This document shows, in pieces, positions 23,612 through 36,258 of a stretch of DNA of 44,820 nucleotides. The notes below the pieces were generated by a model that was not told the origin of the DNA, did not search any database, and worked only from the letters and a program-made list of their open reading frames with translations. Location: positions 16,155,102-16,199,921 of the forward strand of contig NC_057720.1 in the NCBI RefSeq assembly GCF_004010195.1, read 5' to 3'. A program made the translations under genes and the position numbers. Within the stretch, counting starts at the first letter, position 1; every line of letters starts with the position of its first letter. The stretch comes from Chiloscyllium plagiosum. Taxonomy: Eukaryota.

Positions 23612-23818
23612 TTCATTGGAGTTTAGAAGAATGAGGGGGGAGGTCTCAAAGAAACCTGTACAATTCTAAGAGGACTAGACAAATTTGATGCAGGAAGGAT
23701 GCTCCTGATGGTAGGGGAGTTCAGAACTAGGTGTCATTGTTTAAAGATAAGGGATAGACCCCTCTGGACTGAGATGAGGAAACATTTCTTCAGTCAGAGA
23801 ATGGTGAGCCTGTGGAAT
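23612..23818 (+). repeat. 207-bp exact inverted copy of 23053-23259
   Basis: Base-by-base reading found no mismatch between 23612-23818 and the reverse complement of 23053-23259. Confidence 0.9.
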
Positions 23819-24716
23819 GAGACAATGAGGTAAAGGGACAGGTCAATAAAGGTGAATAGCAGACATTTAAGAGGATATTTATGAATGCTAAGGACAGATA
23901 CATTTCAGTGAAAAAGAAAAATATGAAGTAGAGAAAAAGGAGAAGTTAACTTAAAAATATGCAATAGCAAATTTAAAGAAAAAAGCATATAATTATTCAA
24001 AAATGAATGGAAGGTCAGAGTTTGAACAGAATATAAAAGCAAAGATTGGCTGAAGGATTAACATGTAGGGAAAAAATAGAGCATGAGAGAAAGGTTGCTA
24101 GAAATATAAAAATACATAGTAAGAGATTCTATAGAAATGTTTCAAAAAAGAGTTAACAAAGTACATCCTTCCCTACAGAAAGTGATTCTGGAGAATTAGT
24201 AATGAAGTATAAGGTGATTGCAAATTAATAGAATCACATTGAACTGAAATGAATTGAATTGAATTGGTCTTCACAATACAGTCTCCATGTAATATCTCAT
24301 AAATTGCTGTAATTCAGGAAATATAAAGGGATGGAGCAACTCAGGCAAATTGCAGTCACCAAGGAATTGGTAACAAGCAAGTTGTTGGTCTGAAATGTCC
24401 TTGAATCCTGGCGGACATCATTGGAGGATTTTAAAAGAATGGCTTTGGAAGTAGGTGAAGTAGGTTTTAATTTTGTAAAATTCCCGAAATTCAAGGTACA
24501 GTTCATTTAGAGTGGGAAATAACAAATACAACACATATTCAAAAGTAGTCAGAGGCAAAAAGCAGGGAAGAGTTTGACTTAACATCTGTCATAAGGTAAA
24601 AGGTAGAAATTATTATTAAATAAATTATCACAGGGTACTTAGAAAGGTTTGAGGTAATCTGACATAATAAATACGGTTTCATGAAAGGAAATGCATGTTT
24701 AATGAATTGACTTCTT

Positions 24717-25115
24717 GAATATAGAATAGAATATCCTTTTATTGTCAGGTGTGCTCCATGGTTGGTGTGCAGTGAAAAGCTTTTACAATGTCTGCCTTCA
24801 TATGGCGACGTCTCCGATACAAGTACCTGGGTGCAATTCCTGGAGACAGTTGAGAAATAAAAGTAGTTGAATTACTTTACAGAGTTGAAAAGTAAGTTAA
24901 AAAAAGGACATCATTAAAGGTTGTTCCAGGGCTCACAGTCCATGCGCTGCTCTGGAGCTCGCTGCTCCAGGGATTTGCTGCCGGTGCCTTCGCTGATCCA
25001 GGATTCACCTCCGGTGCTAAGGGGAGAGAAGAAGAGAGGAAAAAGAAAGAAAAATAACAGATGGAGCAGAGAAGTTCCTGCAGGAGCATCCAACTCTGCC
25101 ACCATCTTGCTGCCA
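24717..25115 (-). mobile_element. Short non-autonomous retroposon (LINE-like 5' end and 3' tail, no ORF) inserted in CR1
   Basis: Minus strand starts near caagatggtggcagag and ends ttttcactgcacac...tgacaataaaaggatattctattcta. It splits the host CR1 at ttcttga|ggaaataac. Confidence 0.6.
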
Positions 25116-26859
25116 GAGGAAATAACATATTGTCTGAATAAAGGGACCTGTACTTAGATTTCCAGAAGGCCTTTGAAAAGGTGTCACAACAAAGATTACT
25201 GTGAAGAATAAAAGTTCATGGTGCAGTGGGGCAACATGGACAGAAATTAGCTAGCTAACAGGAAAGAGAATGTAATCCTAAATGGGCCATTTTATGCTTG
25301 GCAAGATGTAATGAGATCACTGGGACTTCACCTATTTGCAATTTATATAAATGACTTAGATGAAACGGCTGAAGGTACAGCTACTAAAATTATTGATGAC
25401 ATAAGGATAGGTACCAAAATAAGTTGTAAAGAGCACGTAAGGAAGCTACAAAGGGATATGAATTGGATAAGAGAGCGGACAAAAATCTAACAAATGATGC
25501 AGAATGTCGAAAAATTTGAAATTTTGGCAGGAAGAATTATGAAAAAAGAATATTATCTAAATGCTGAGAGACTGCAGAGCTCTGAGATGCAGAGGGATCT
25601 GAATTTCCTTAAGCATGAAATCCACAAGGTTAGTATGCAAGTACAGCACATATTTAGAAAAAATAATAGAATACTTGGTTATTGAAAGGGGAATTGATTA
25701 CAATATGGAGTAGTGATATTTCCGTTCTACAGGGCATTGGTGAGACCAAATCTGGAATATTGTATACAATACTGGTCTCCTTATTTAAGGAAAGATCAAA
25801 ATATGTTGAAAGCAGTTCAGGGAAAGTTATCTAGACTAGAACAGGCATATTGTTTTATAAAGAAAGATTGGACAGGATAGCCTTATAATCCACTGGAGAC
25901 AACTTGATTGAAACATATAAAGTTCTGAAGGGTCTTGACCACATGGATATGTGTAAGATGTTTTCTCTTTTAGGTAAATCTAAAACTAAGTGTTATTGTT
26001 TAAAATTAAGGGCCACCAACTTACTAAAGAGATTTGGAGAAACGTTTTCTTACAAAGGATCATGAATCTTTGGAGCTCTCTTCCTCAAAAGATGGTAAAA
26101 ATAGAGTCTTTGAATATTTTTAGCGCACAGGTAGATAGATTCTTGATATACAAGGGGGTGAAAGGTTGTTGGCGGTAAGTAGGAATATGATGTAATCAGA
26201 TTAGTCATGACTTTATTGAATAGTGGAGCAGATTGAGGGGACCATGTTGACCCAGTTTATCTGTTGCTAACTCATATTACTGAAATATGTTACAAAGATT
26301 ACAAATGTTACATCATTTCAGACCTGCTATGAGACGTGCTTGAACAGAAAAAATCTGCAACCCCAAGGCAAAAGTACATCTGCATTGCAAAGTGGTGAGA
26401 ATGGTCCTGAATTTGTGTTCTGCCATCGAGCAAACGGGAACTGGAGACTCAATGAGTCAAGACTAAAAATCCCTGGTAAAGAGGAACCTTTAATGGAACA
26501 GTAATTCAGGCTAAAAGGGTTATAATTAATAACAATATAAAGTGTGGCTCAGATTAGCAATGCCAACATGATGTGGTTACCATGAAGCACTGCTAGAAAA
26601 ATAAATGGAACAAACAGGCATAATCTGATAATGGAGAGCCATGGAAATCACAATCTCAGTATTTAACGTGGATAAACTGGTACAACACAGAATTCTTTTC
26701 AGGAGACTTCATTGTTAAATTTTGAAATCCTCAAATACAGCCACAACAGCATGGGATCCTTCATTTATAACACCAAAACCCTACCAAATTGCAGGAGAAC
26801 TGCCATCTCTTCAAAATTAAAAAAAGATATAATACTTAGTCATGTTAGGAATGCATTGC

Positions 26860-27400
26860 ATCAAAAATAGTATTACCAGCATGATTTATTTTTAATATTG
26901 GACCAAATAGAACACAAACTGCACATCCATGAGAAAACAATACTTGGGAAATGAAAGAGTTTCTAAACTGAATACTAAGTCAGAAGCTGAACAAGTAAAT
27001 ACACTTCTGAACAAATTGGCAGTGTAGCAGATGATGTTATTGCTTACCAAGGTGTAAAAGAAGCAGATTCTGAGAGGCACTGAAAGACTTTGACAATTAT
27101 TTTAACCTCAAACCTCATAAAATTCTTGAAAGATGGGATTTAACAGAAGAATACAATACCCAGTATCAGAATACAGTATCAATAGATTGATAATTTTATT
27201 GATGATCTTTACAGTCTAATGTAGAGATGCAGCTATGGGACTTAAAGTCAGAATTCATAAGAGTCTTAATTGTTGTGTGCACTATTGATCAACTTTTGCC
27301 AGATTTATTGCAACTCAATGAAAACCTAACTCTAAAAAAATCCCTGTAGATAGTAAGTAAAGCAGAGGTCCAAGGCCAACACAGATCAATCCAAAGAGGA
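26860..27400 (+). pseudogene. Gypsy/Ty3 LTR-retrotransposon gag remnant
   Basis: Hand translation across frameshifts gives KLNTKSEAEQVNTLL, ADDVI, FDNYF, FNRRIQ, DNFIDDLYSL, CSYG, KSEFIRVLIVV, QLNENLTL, in the order expected for Gypsy gag. Confidence 0.75.
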
Positions 27401-28217
27401 GAAGAACAAACTTGGCACAGGAGATTTTTCAGAATCCATTCAATTCTCATTGTAAAAAGTTATTAGCAAGAGGAAAGGAATGCCTAAAAATTCCAGATGT
27501 CAAAAGAAAACGGGTCTGTTCCAGGAGCCATGACATCATCTGTAAAACAAATATAAGAGGTTAAAAAGTTCAGAAGAGAATCTCAGACTTCATACAATCA
27601 GGAAGATAGTCCAAGCCCTTCCTTTCCAACAAGTCGCAGTTTTGTGTCCAAGGAGAACACATTTCAGGAGAATAGTAAAATCACCACATTGTCTAAATTT
27701 GTGAAGTAAATGACTTGGGGCAGAGTGGTTCTATGAATCTATGATTCTAATGGCAAGTGGAACTAGTGTAAGTATTGTGTATTTTTGAAAGTACAGACCC
27801 GGATGGGCGAAGGGCCACTACTATACGTATGATTTTATGATTACATGGTTGATGTAATTATATAAATAAATGTATAACAATAATAGTTACCAGAAGAAAG
27901 GTTTGAGAGGAAGTGTTGCATATGGGTCTGGAAAGATCTGAAATAGTTAACATTTAATTGAGTGCCACCGACTGTGAAGTTGTCATGAGCACTTGTTAGG
28001 AGGGAAAAATAGGATCATTTAGGAGACAGACCTAAAGTTAGTCTTCCCAAAACTTTTTGTAGTAAGATAGAATTTATTCATATAAATTGCACATAGTTGC
28101 AGAGAGGCAATAAACTATATCTTCTTCAGATGACAGTACTCTTCTCATTAGATCAGATGATGGTCTGATGTCATAAAACAGACAGATTGATGGTCACACT
28201 ATCAAACACTAAATCAT

Positions 28218-28638
28218 GACTGAATAGGCTGGGGCTGTTTTCCCTGGAGCATCAGAGGCTGAGGGGTGAAATTATAGAGGTTTATAAAATCATGAGGGGC
28301 ATGGATAGGGTAAATAGACAAGGTCTTCTCCCTTGGTTGGGGGAGGTCCAGAACTAGAGGGCACAAGTTTAGGGTGAGAGAAGAAAGATTTAAAAGGGAC
28401 CTAACGGGCAACCTTTTCATGCAAAGGATGGTGCATTTATGGAATGAGTTGCCAGAGGAAGTGGTGGAGGCTGGTAAATTACAAAATTTAATAGGCATCT
28501 GGATGGGTATATGAATAGGGAGAGTTTAGGGATGTGGGCCAGGCGCTGGCAAATGGGACGAGATTAATTTCGTATATCTGATTGGCATGGACAAGTTAAA
28601 CTGAACAATCTGTTTCCATACATCTCTATGACCTTATG
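28218..28638 (+). mobile_element. HER1/CR1 3' fragment
   Basis: ctgaataggctggggctgttttccctggagc...; highly similar to 31125-31552. Confidence 0.9.
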
Positions 28639-29084
28639 TAGGCCCCTAAAGAACCCATACTCAGAAGACATGGTTGGCAGTGCTCTCAGCACTGTTCACC
28701 TTCTTAGCCTGCATAGTTCATTTGAGTGGGTCAGCTGAATGTAACGAAAATAGAGTTGCCATGAAAACCAGTTCCCTCATCCATGCAATGCTCCTGCTGC
28801 TCAGTATACTTCTGCCTGCACTGAATCTGCATGGGAACAAGTCACAGGGCGGTAATCAGGTCATTGAAGCCCCCTATCTGGATTCTGTCCAGTTGATTTT
28901 GTCAACATGATGAATCCACACAGAACAAATATGTACAATTGGCTGCTCAGGTTTCAGAGATGGATATTAAAGAGGCAGTAGAACCCTTGTATGGATATAT
29001 ACAACAGGTGCAATTTTACATAGCTTTGATACAATATCTATATTCTTAGTGTAGAACTCTCCTGATTGCCAATGTTATCCCACA

Positions 29085-29352
29085 AATCATCGAATCTCTA
29101 CATTGTGGAAGCAGACCATTCAGTCCATTGGGTCTACACTGACCCTCTGAAGAGCATCTCACCCAGATCCACCCCATCTTTGTAACCCTGCCTTTCCCTA
29201 TGGCTGACCCATCCAATTTAGCATGGCCAATTCACCAAACCTGCACAGGTATGGGGAGAATGTGAAAACTCCACACAGGCAGTTGCCATAAGGTGGAATT
29301 GAACCCGGGTCCCTGGCATTGTGAGGCAGTGGTGCTAACGACTGGGCCACAT
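29085..29352 (-). mobile_element. HE1-like SINE (diverged, internal deletion)
   Basis: Minus strand gtggcccagtcgttagcaccactgcctcac...gggttcaattcc (A and B boxes) with a CR1-type tail. Confidence 0.85.
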
Positions 29353-29744
29353 GTCATTTGGTGTTGTGCTCTATGCAAGATCACATTGACAAATTTTCAT
29401 CAGTGAATTCACCTGGAAACACAAGTGTTTTCTAATGGCTCACTGTAAAATCAGCTTGAGCCTGAGCAATTTGCACACATACTGGTGACTACTACACTTC
29501 AAATCAGACTTCAGCTTGCACTTGAACTCTATGTATTAATTCAACACTAATTCCATTTTTAAAGGGGCAAACAAGTTACATCAATTACTTCATGCCCTAT
29601 TCTTCTTGTCAAATAACACTACAACAAATGCTTAAATACAAATGGAATATTGTGATTACTCATTTTGACTATTGATGTATTTTCTCATGACCAATATTAT
29701 TCCTTTCCCTTCTGCCTCCACCTTCCTGCTCCTTAGCCCAAATT

Positions 29745-30660
29745 TGCTGGCTAACAGGAAACAGAGAGCAGATATAAATGGATCGTTTTTTGCTTGGCAA
29801 GACATAATGGATAGTATGACATAGGGATTGGCGCTGGGACCTCAACTGTTTACAGTTTATATTAATTATTTGGATGATGGGACAGAAGGTATGGTTGTGA
29901 AATTTGTTAATGACTCAAACATTGGTGGGAAATTAAGTTGTGAAGTGAGTGTAAGGAGGCTGAAAAAAGATATTCATAGGTTAAGTGAGTGTGCAAAGAT
30001 GTAACAATCGAGTATAGCATCAGGAAATGTCAATTCTGGCAGGGTGAATGAGAAAGAAGCATATTTATTAAATGGTGAAAGATTGCAAAGCTCTAAGGTG
30101 CAGAAGAATCTGTGTCTGAGTGCATGAATTGCAAATGAGTAGTATGCAAGAACCACAAGTCATTGAGAAAGTTGACAGAATATTATTGCCTATTGGGAGG
30201 GGGACAGAATGCAGAAGTAGAGAGACTATGTTTTAGTTCTCTGAGACATTGATCTGACAATATCTCAAGAACCGTGTACAGTAGTAGTCGTATTATTTAA
30301 GGAAGAATATTGGAAAAGGTTCAGAGAAATTTTACTAGACTAATACCTGGAAAGAGCAGGCTGCCTTACAGGGTAGGTTTGACAGGAGAGGCCTGTATAT
30401 GCTGGAGTTCAGAAGAGCAAATAAATTGATTTAAACAGAGAAGACCTTAAGGGGTCTTGGCAGGATTATGTAGAGGGGATTTTTCCACTTCTAGTAGAAT
30501 CTAGAACTAGGGGACACGGGTTCAAAATAAGTAGTCGCTCATTTAAGATGGACAGCTGAAGAACTTTTACTCAGACAGTCATGACATTTGGAACTCCCAA
30601 CAGCAAAAGACAGTAGAAGCAGGGTCTTTGAATAGTCTTAAAGCAGAGATATCAGGGATG
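29745..30660 (+). mobile_element. Old CR1 RT/3' fragment
   Basis: tggctaacaggaaacagagag...gctgggacctcaactgtttacagtttatattaa...aaatttgttaatgac is colinear with 25250-26150. Confidence 0.8.
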
Positions 30661-30704
30661 CACAGAAATTATGACTAAGTGAAGTAATAATAATTAATAG
30701 AAGC

Positions 30705-31552
30705 AGTAGTAGGTGGAGGGTTGTTTTTCAGACTGGAGGCCTGTGACCAGTGGAGTGCCACAAGGATCGGTGCTGGGTCCTCTACTTTTTGTCATTTACA
30801 TAAATGATTTGGATGCGAGCATAAGACGTACAGTTAGTAAGTTTGCAGATGACACCAAAATTGGAGGTGTAGTGGACAGCGAAGAGGGTTACCTCAGATT
30901 ACAATAGGATCTGGACCAGATGGGCCAATGGGCTGAGAAGTGGCAGATGGAGTTNNNNNNNNNNNNNNNNNNNNNNNNNNNNNNNNNNNNNNNNNNNNNN
31001 NNTTGGAATATTGCGTGCAATTCTGGTCTCCTTCCTATTGGAAAGATGTTATGAAATTTGAAAGGGTTCAGAAAAGATTTACAAGGATGTTGCCAGGGTT
31101 GGAGGATTTGAGCTATTGGGAGAGGTTGAACAGGCTGGGGCTGTTTTCCCTGGAGCGTCGGAGGCTGAGGGGTGACCTTACGGAGGTTTACAAAATTATG
31201 AGGGGCATGGATAGAATAAGTAGACAAGGTCTTTTCCCTGGGATCAGGGAGTCCAGAACTGGAGGGCATAGGATTAGGGTGAGAGGACAGATATAAAAGA
31301 GACCTTAGGGGCAATGTTTTCATGCAGAGGGTGGTGCATGTGTGGAATGAGCTGCCAGAGGAAGTGGTGGAGGCTGGTACAATTGCAACATTTAAGAGGC
31401 ATTTGGATGGATATATGAATAGGAAGGGTTTGGAGGGATATGGGCCGGGTGCTGGCAGGTGGGACTAGATTGGGTTGGGATATCTGGTCGGCATGGACAT
31501 GTTGGACCAAAGGGTCTGTTTCCATGCTGTACATCTTTATGACTCTCTGACT
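30705..31552 (+). mobile_element. Young HER1/CR1 RT and 3' end (contains N gap 30955-31002)
   Basis: '[22 protein letters not shown]...[11 protein letters not shown]' and 'LEYCVQFWSP'; tail tatgactctctgactc. Confidence 0.95.
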
Positions 31553-32546
31553 CAAATTGGCTCTTCAGATCAGCTCCCTATTTGACAAGATCATGGTTGA
31601 TCTGCCTTCAACTTTCCTTTTGTCATCTCATCAGAGCACGCAGTTTCTCCTTGTTACAAAAAACTGATCCACCTCTTCATTGAAAATTTCCAGTGATCTA
31701 GCCTCCACAACTTTCTGGGTACAGAATTCCAGACAGTCACTCCCCTCTGAGAGAAGAAATGATTTGCATCTCAGTTTCAAATGAATCTCCCCTTATTCTG
31801 TAAGTAAATCCATTAGTTCAAGACTCTCCCACTGTCTGAAACATTTCAACATCTACTCTCAGAATCTTATACGTTTCAATAAGATCACACCTCATTTTTA
31901 CACTCTTATGAATGAAGTCCTAACTTGTTTAGCTGCTTTAGATAAATCAACATATTCATCCCTGGGATCAACTTGATGTATCTCTTCAGAACAGTTACCA
32001 ATACCAGTGTAACCTTTCTTAAATACAGAGATCAAAACCGTACACAGTACTCCAGGAGCACTATCACCTACATCCTGTACAGTTTTAACAATACATTCCT
32101 ATTTTAGATACCCTAATAATGAAACCTAAATTCCATTTGCCTTTTTAGTTATTTGCTGCACTTGCATACTAACCTTTTGTGTTTCGTGCGCAAGAACACT
32201 CAGGTCTGTTTGTGCCGCACTATTTTGGAGTCTCTCTTCATGTAAATAGAAGTCAGCCCTTTATATGAAAAGTTGCATGACTTCACACTTGCCTACATTA
32301 AACTCCATCTATCAAGTTTTTATCCACTCACTCAACTTATCTATATCCCCTCACAGATTCCTTATGTCTTCGTCGCAGCATGACCTCTCAACTATTTTTA
32401 TATTGTCATCAGTTTTGGATACATTATACTCTGCCCCCTCCTCCAAGTGACTAAGATAGATAATAAATAATTAGCACCCTGGGACTGATCCTTGTGACAC
32501 TCCATTAGTTACATTTCTCTGAACTGAAAAGACCTACTAATCCTAT

Positions 32547-32883
32547 GGATGGCACGGTGGCTCAGTCTTTAGTATTCTGCTTCATAGCACTGGGGACCCA
32601 GGATTGATTCCAACTTGGGTGACTATCTGTATGGAGTTTGCATACTCTTCCTGTGTCTGTGTGGGTTTCCTTTGGGTGCCCTGGTTTCCATCCACAATCC
32701 AAAGATGTGCAGGTTAGGTGAATTGGCCATGTTAAATTTCCCATAGTGTTCAGGGATGTGCATCAGTCAGGGGTCAATATAGGATAATAGGGTAGGGGAA
32801 TGGGTCTGGGTGGGTTACTCTTTGGAGGGTCTGTGTGGTTCTATTGGGACAAAGGGCCTGTTTCCACATTGTAGGAATTCTGA
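32547..32883 (+). mobile_element. HE1-like SINE
   Basis: ggatggcacggtggctcag head and tail aagggcctgtttccacattgtaggaattc. Confidence 0.9.
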
Positions 32884-32993
32884 CTCCCCGTTTTCTGAGT
32901 TAATCAATCCTCAATCCATGTTAATGCATTATCCCCAATAGTGAGAGTTTCTATCTTGTGCAAGAACCTTTTATGTGGCACCCTATCAATTGT

Positions 32994-33124
32994 TGGTTTC
33001 CTGAAGAAGGGCTTATGCCCAAAACGTCGATTCTCCTGTTCCCTGGATGCTGCCTGACCTGCTGCGCTTTTCCAGCAACACATTTTCAGCTCTGATCTCC
33101 AGCATCTGCAGACCTCACTTTCTC
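32994..33124 (+). mobile_element. Solo PLE pLTR insertion with 13-bp TSD
   Basis: ccctatcaattgt at 32981-32993 and 33125-33137. The insert begins just before CTGAAGA-A-GGGC-ttat-GCCC-aaaa-CGTC. Confidence 0.9.
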
Positions 33125-33397
33125 CCCTATCAATTGTATCCTGGAAATCCAAATAAATGACATCTCCTGGTTCCCCTTCATCAATTCTGCTTCCTATGTC
33201 TTCAAAGAGCTCTAGCAAATTTGTCAAACATGATTTCCCTTTCATAAAATCATGTTGTTTGATTGCATTAAGCTTTTCTAAATATTAGGCTATTTCTATC
33301 TTAATAATAGATTCGAGCACTTTTCCAACTATAGACATTAGGCTAACCTGTTACTATTTGCTGCTTTCTGTCTCCCTATCCTCTTGACTAGGGTGTA

Positions 33398-33566
33398 AGA
33401 CCATAAGAACATAAAATATAGAAGCAGAATTAGGCCTTTTGACCCATTGAATCTGCTCTGTCATTCGATCATGGCTGATATATTTCTCAATCCCATTCTC
33501 CTGTATTCTCCCTGTATTCCTTGACTCTGTTACCAATCAAGAACCTATCTATCTCTATCTTAAAGA
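33398..33566 (-). mobile_element. Short CR1 3' tail fragment
   Basis: accataagaacataaaatatagaagcagaattaggcc...gatcatggctgat is the reverse complement of a CR1 3' UTR. Confidence 0.7.
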
Positions 33567-33582
33567 CCAGGTCACAAGCTAG

Positions 33583-36205
33583 CAATCACAGAGTCCTACA
33601 ACATGGAGACAGGCCCTTCAGCCCAAAGTGGTCCAAAATATCCATTAGTGTTAACCTTATTTCCCTGCACTTTGTCCAAATCCTTCTAAATCTTTCCTAT
33701 CCATGTATTTGTCCAAATGATTTTTAAATTTTCTTAACATACCCACCTCAACCACTTCATGACAGCTCATTTCATATGTGTTCCAACCTCTGTGTTAAAA
33801 GGTTGCCCTCAGGTTCCCTTTTTTTCTTTCCCCTCTAACCTTAAACTGATGCCCTCTCGTCCTCGATTCCCCAACCCTGGGAAAAACACTGAATGCATTC
33901 ACCCTATCCAGGTCTCTCATGATCTTATACACTTCTATAAGATTCCCCCTCAGTGTCCTATGCTCTAAAGAAAAACACCCTGGCATGTCCAGCCTCTCCC
34001 TGTAACTCAGACTGTTGAGTCCTGGCAATATCCTTGTAAGTTTTCTCCGCACTCTTTCTAGTTTAATTACATCCTTCCTATAGCAAGGGACCAAAGCTGA
34101 ACACAATACTCCAAGTGTGGCCTCACCAACATGCTGTACAACTGCAACACATAATTTCCTAACTTCTATACTCACTGTCCTGATTGATGAAGGCCAGTGT
34201 GCCAAAAGCCTTTTTCACTGCCCTGTCTCCCTGTGACTCCACTTTCAGCGAACCGTGAACCTGAACTCCAAGTTCCGTCAGTTCCTCTACACTCCTTACA
34301 GGCTTACCATTCACCATGAAACTCCCATCTTGATTTGCAAGGCCTCACACTTATCTATATCAAACTCTATTTGCCATTTCTCAGCCCACTTCCCCAGCTG
34401 ATCAAGTTCCCGCTGCAATTTCTGTTAACGTTCCTCGCTGTTCACGATACCGCTGATTTTAGTGCCACCTGCAAACTCACTAATCATGTCTTAGGCATTT
34501 TCGTCCAAATCATTCATATAGATAATAATCAGCAACGAGCCCAACACTGACCTTGAGGCACTCCACTAATCACAGGCCTCCAGTCCAACACGCATCCTTC
34601 CACTATTACACTCTGCTTCCTACCATCAAGCCAGTTGTGTATCCAATTTGTGAATCCTGGATTCCATGCAAACTAACTTTCCAGAGCAGCCAAACACGTG
34701 GAACCTGATCAAAGGCCTTACTAAAAGCCATATACACTATATCTACTGTCCTGCCCTCGTCAACCTTCCTGCTCACTTCATCAAAGAACTCTAACAAATT
34801 TGTGAGGCATGATCTCCCATGCACAAAGCCATGCTGATTATTCCTAATCAAACCCTGTCTTTCCAAATGCATGTATACCTTATCTCTCAGAATCTTCTCA
34901 AGTAACGTAGCTACCACAGATGTTAGGCTTATTGGTCTACATTCCCCTTCTTAAATAAGGGCACAACACTCGCTACCCTCCAGTTTTCTGGGATCTCACC
35001 GGTGACTAACAATGTTGCAGAAATATCAGCCAGAGCCCCCACAATTTCTTCTCTAGCCTCCTGCAGTGTTCCTGGATATATCTGGTCAGGACCAGGAGAT
35101 TTATCACCTTCATATATTTTAATAGATCCAACACCTCCTCTACTGTGATATGGACTGTCCCCGAGATATGATCACTAACTTCCCCAAGTTTCCAAGTCTT
35201 TATGTCTTTCTCCATGGTAAACACAGAGGAGAAATATTCACCGAGGACCTCACCCATCTCCTGCAGTTCACTTTGGTCCTAGGCGGTCCTATTTTCTCTC
35301 TAGTTATTCTTTTTCCTTTAATATACTTAAATTACTTCTTCGGATTCACCCTAACCTTCTCAGTCAAGACTATCTTGTGCCCTCTTTTTGCCCTTCTGAT
35401 TTCCTCCTTGAGTAAACTCCTGTGCACCCTGTATACTTCCAGAGATTCCCTTGATGCAAATTGTCTGTATCTGAGGCACACCTCCTTTCTTCTGGTCAAA
35501 ACCTCAAACTCTCTTGTCATCCAGGATTCCCTATTCCTGTCAACTTTGCCTTTCATCCTCACAGGGACATATAGACTTGAACTCTAGCTGTCTCACTTTT
35601 AAAGGCCTCCCACTTGCCAGAGGTCCCTTTGCCTGCAGACAAACCACTCCAATCATCCCCTGCAAGCTCTTGTCTAATTTTATCAAAATTCACCTTACCC
35701 CAATTTAAAACTTGAACCTGTGGACCAGTTTTGTGCCTCTCCATAACTATTTTAAAATTAATAGAACTATTGTCACTCATCCCAAAGTGCTCCCCAACTG
35801 TCATCTCAGTTACCTGTCCTGCCCTATTTCCCAAGAGTGGGTTGAGTTTTGCCCCTTTCCGAGTAGGACCCTCTATATACTGCTTGAGGTAACTTTCCTG
35901 AATGCGCTTAACAAATTCCACCTCATCTAAGCCCCGAATGCTCTGGCAGTCCCAGTCTAGTTAGGAAAATTAAAATCCTCTACTATCACAACCCTATAAT
36001 GCCTGCCAAGTCTCCCCTGTCGCCCTGTACATTTGTTCCTATAATTCCCATTGACTATTTGGAGGCCTATAGTACAACCCCAATAATGTCACCATCCCCT
36101 TCTTATTTCTTAGCTCCACCCACAAAGCCTCACTGAATGATTCTTCAGTTATCTCATCACCGATTACTGCTGTGGTGCGTGCCCTAGTCAAAAATGCAAC
36201 TTCCA
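33583..36205 (-). mobile_element. CR1 LINE ORF2 (EN-RT), disrupted
   Basis: Minus-strand peptides 'LWVELRNKKG..LGLYYRPPNS', 'VGEHFGMSDN', 'QHGFVHGRSCLTNLLEFFDEV', 'AFSKAFDQVP' and 'ESRTRGHQFKVRG'. Confidence 0.92.
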
Positions 36206-36258
36206 CACCACCCCCCACCACCCTGCAACCCCCCCCCCCCAAAGCCTCTCCACCATCC

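Larger units (their letters stand above)
22608..26275 (+). mobile_element. Old, heavily decayed CR1 ORF2 hosting nested insertions
   Basis: EN remnants at about 22610-22860 resume near 23520. RT motifs cttagatttccagaaggcctttgaaaaggtgtcac (LDFQKAF.KV) and tttatataaatgacttagatg; C-terminal tactggtctccttatttaagg; 3' UTR about 26200-26270. Confidence 0.75.
31555..33390 (-). mobile_element. Old CR1 RT/3' fragment with nested HE1 and PLE
   Basis: ORF 32904..33245(-) 'KGKSCLTNLLELFED...DVIYLDFQ...DRVPHKRFLHKI'; the downstream sequence follows the CR1 C-terminus. Confidence 0.85.
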
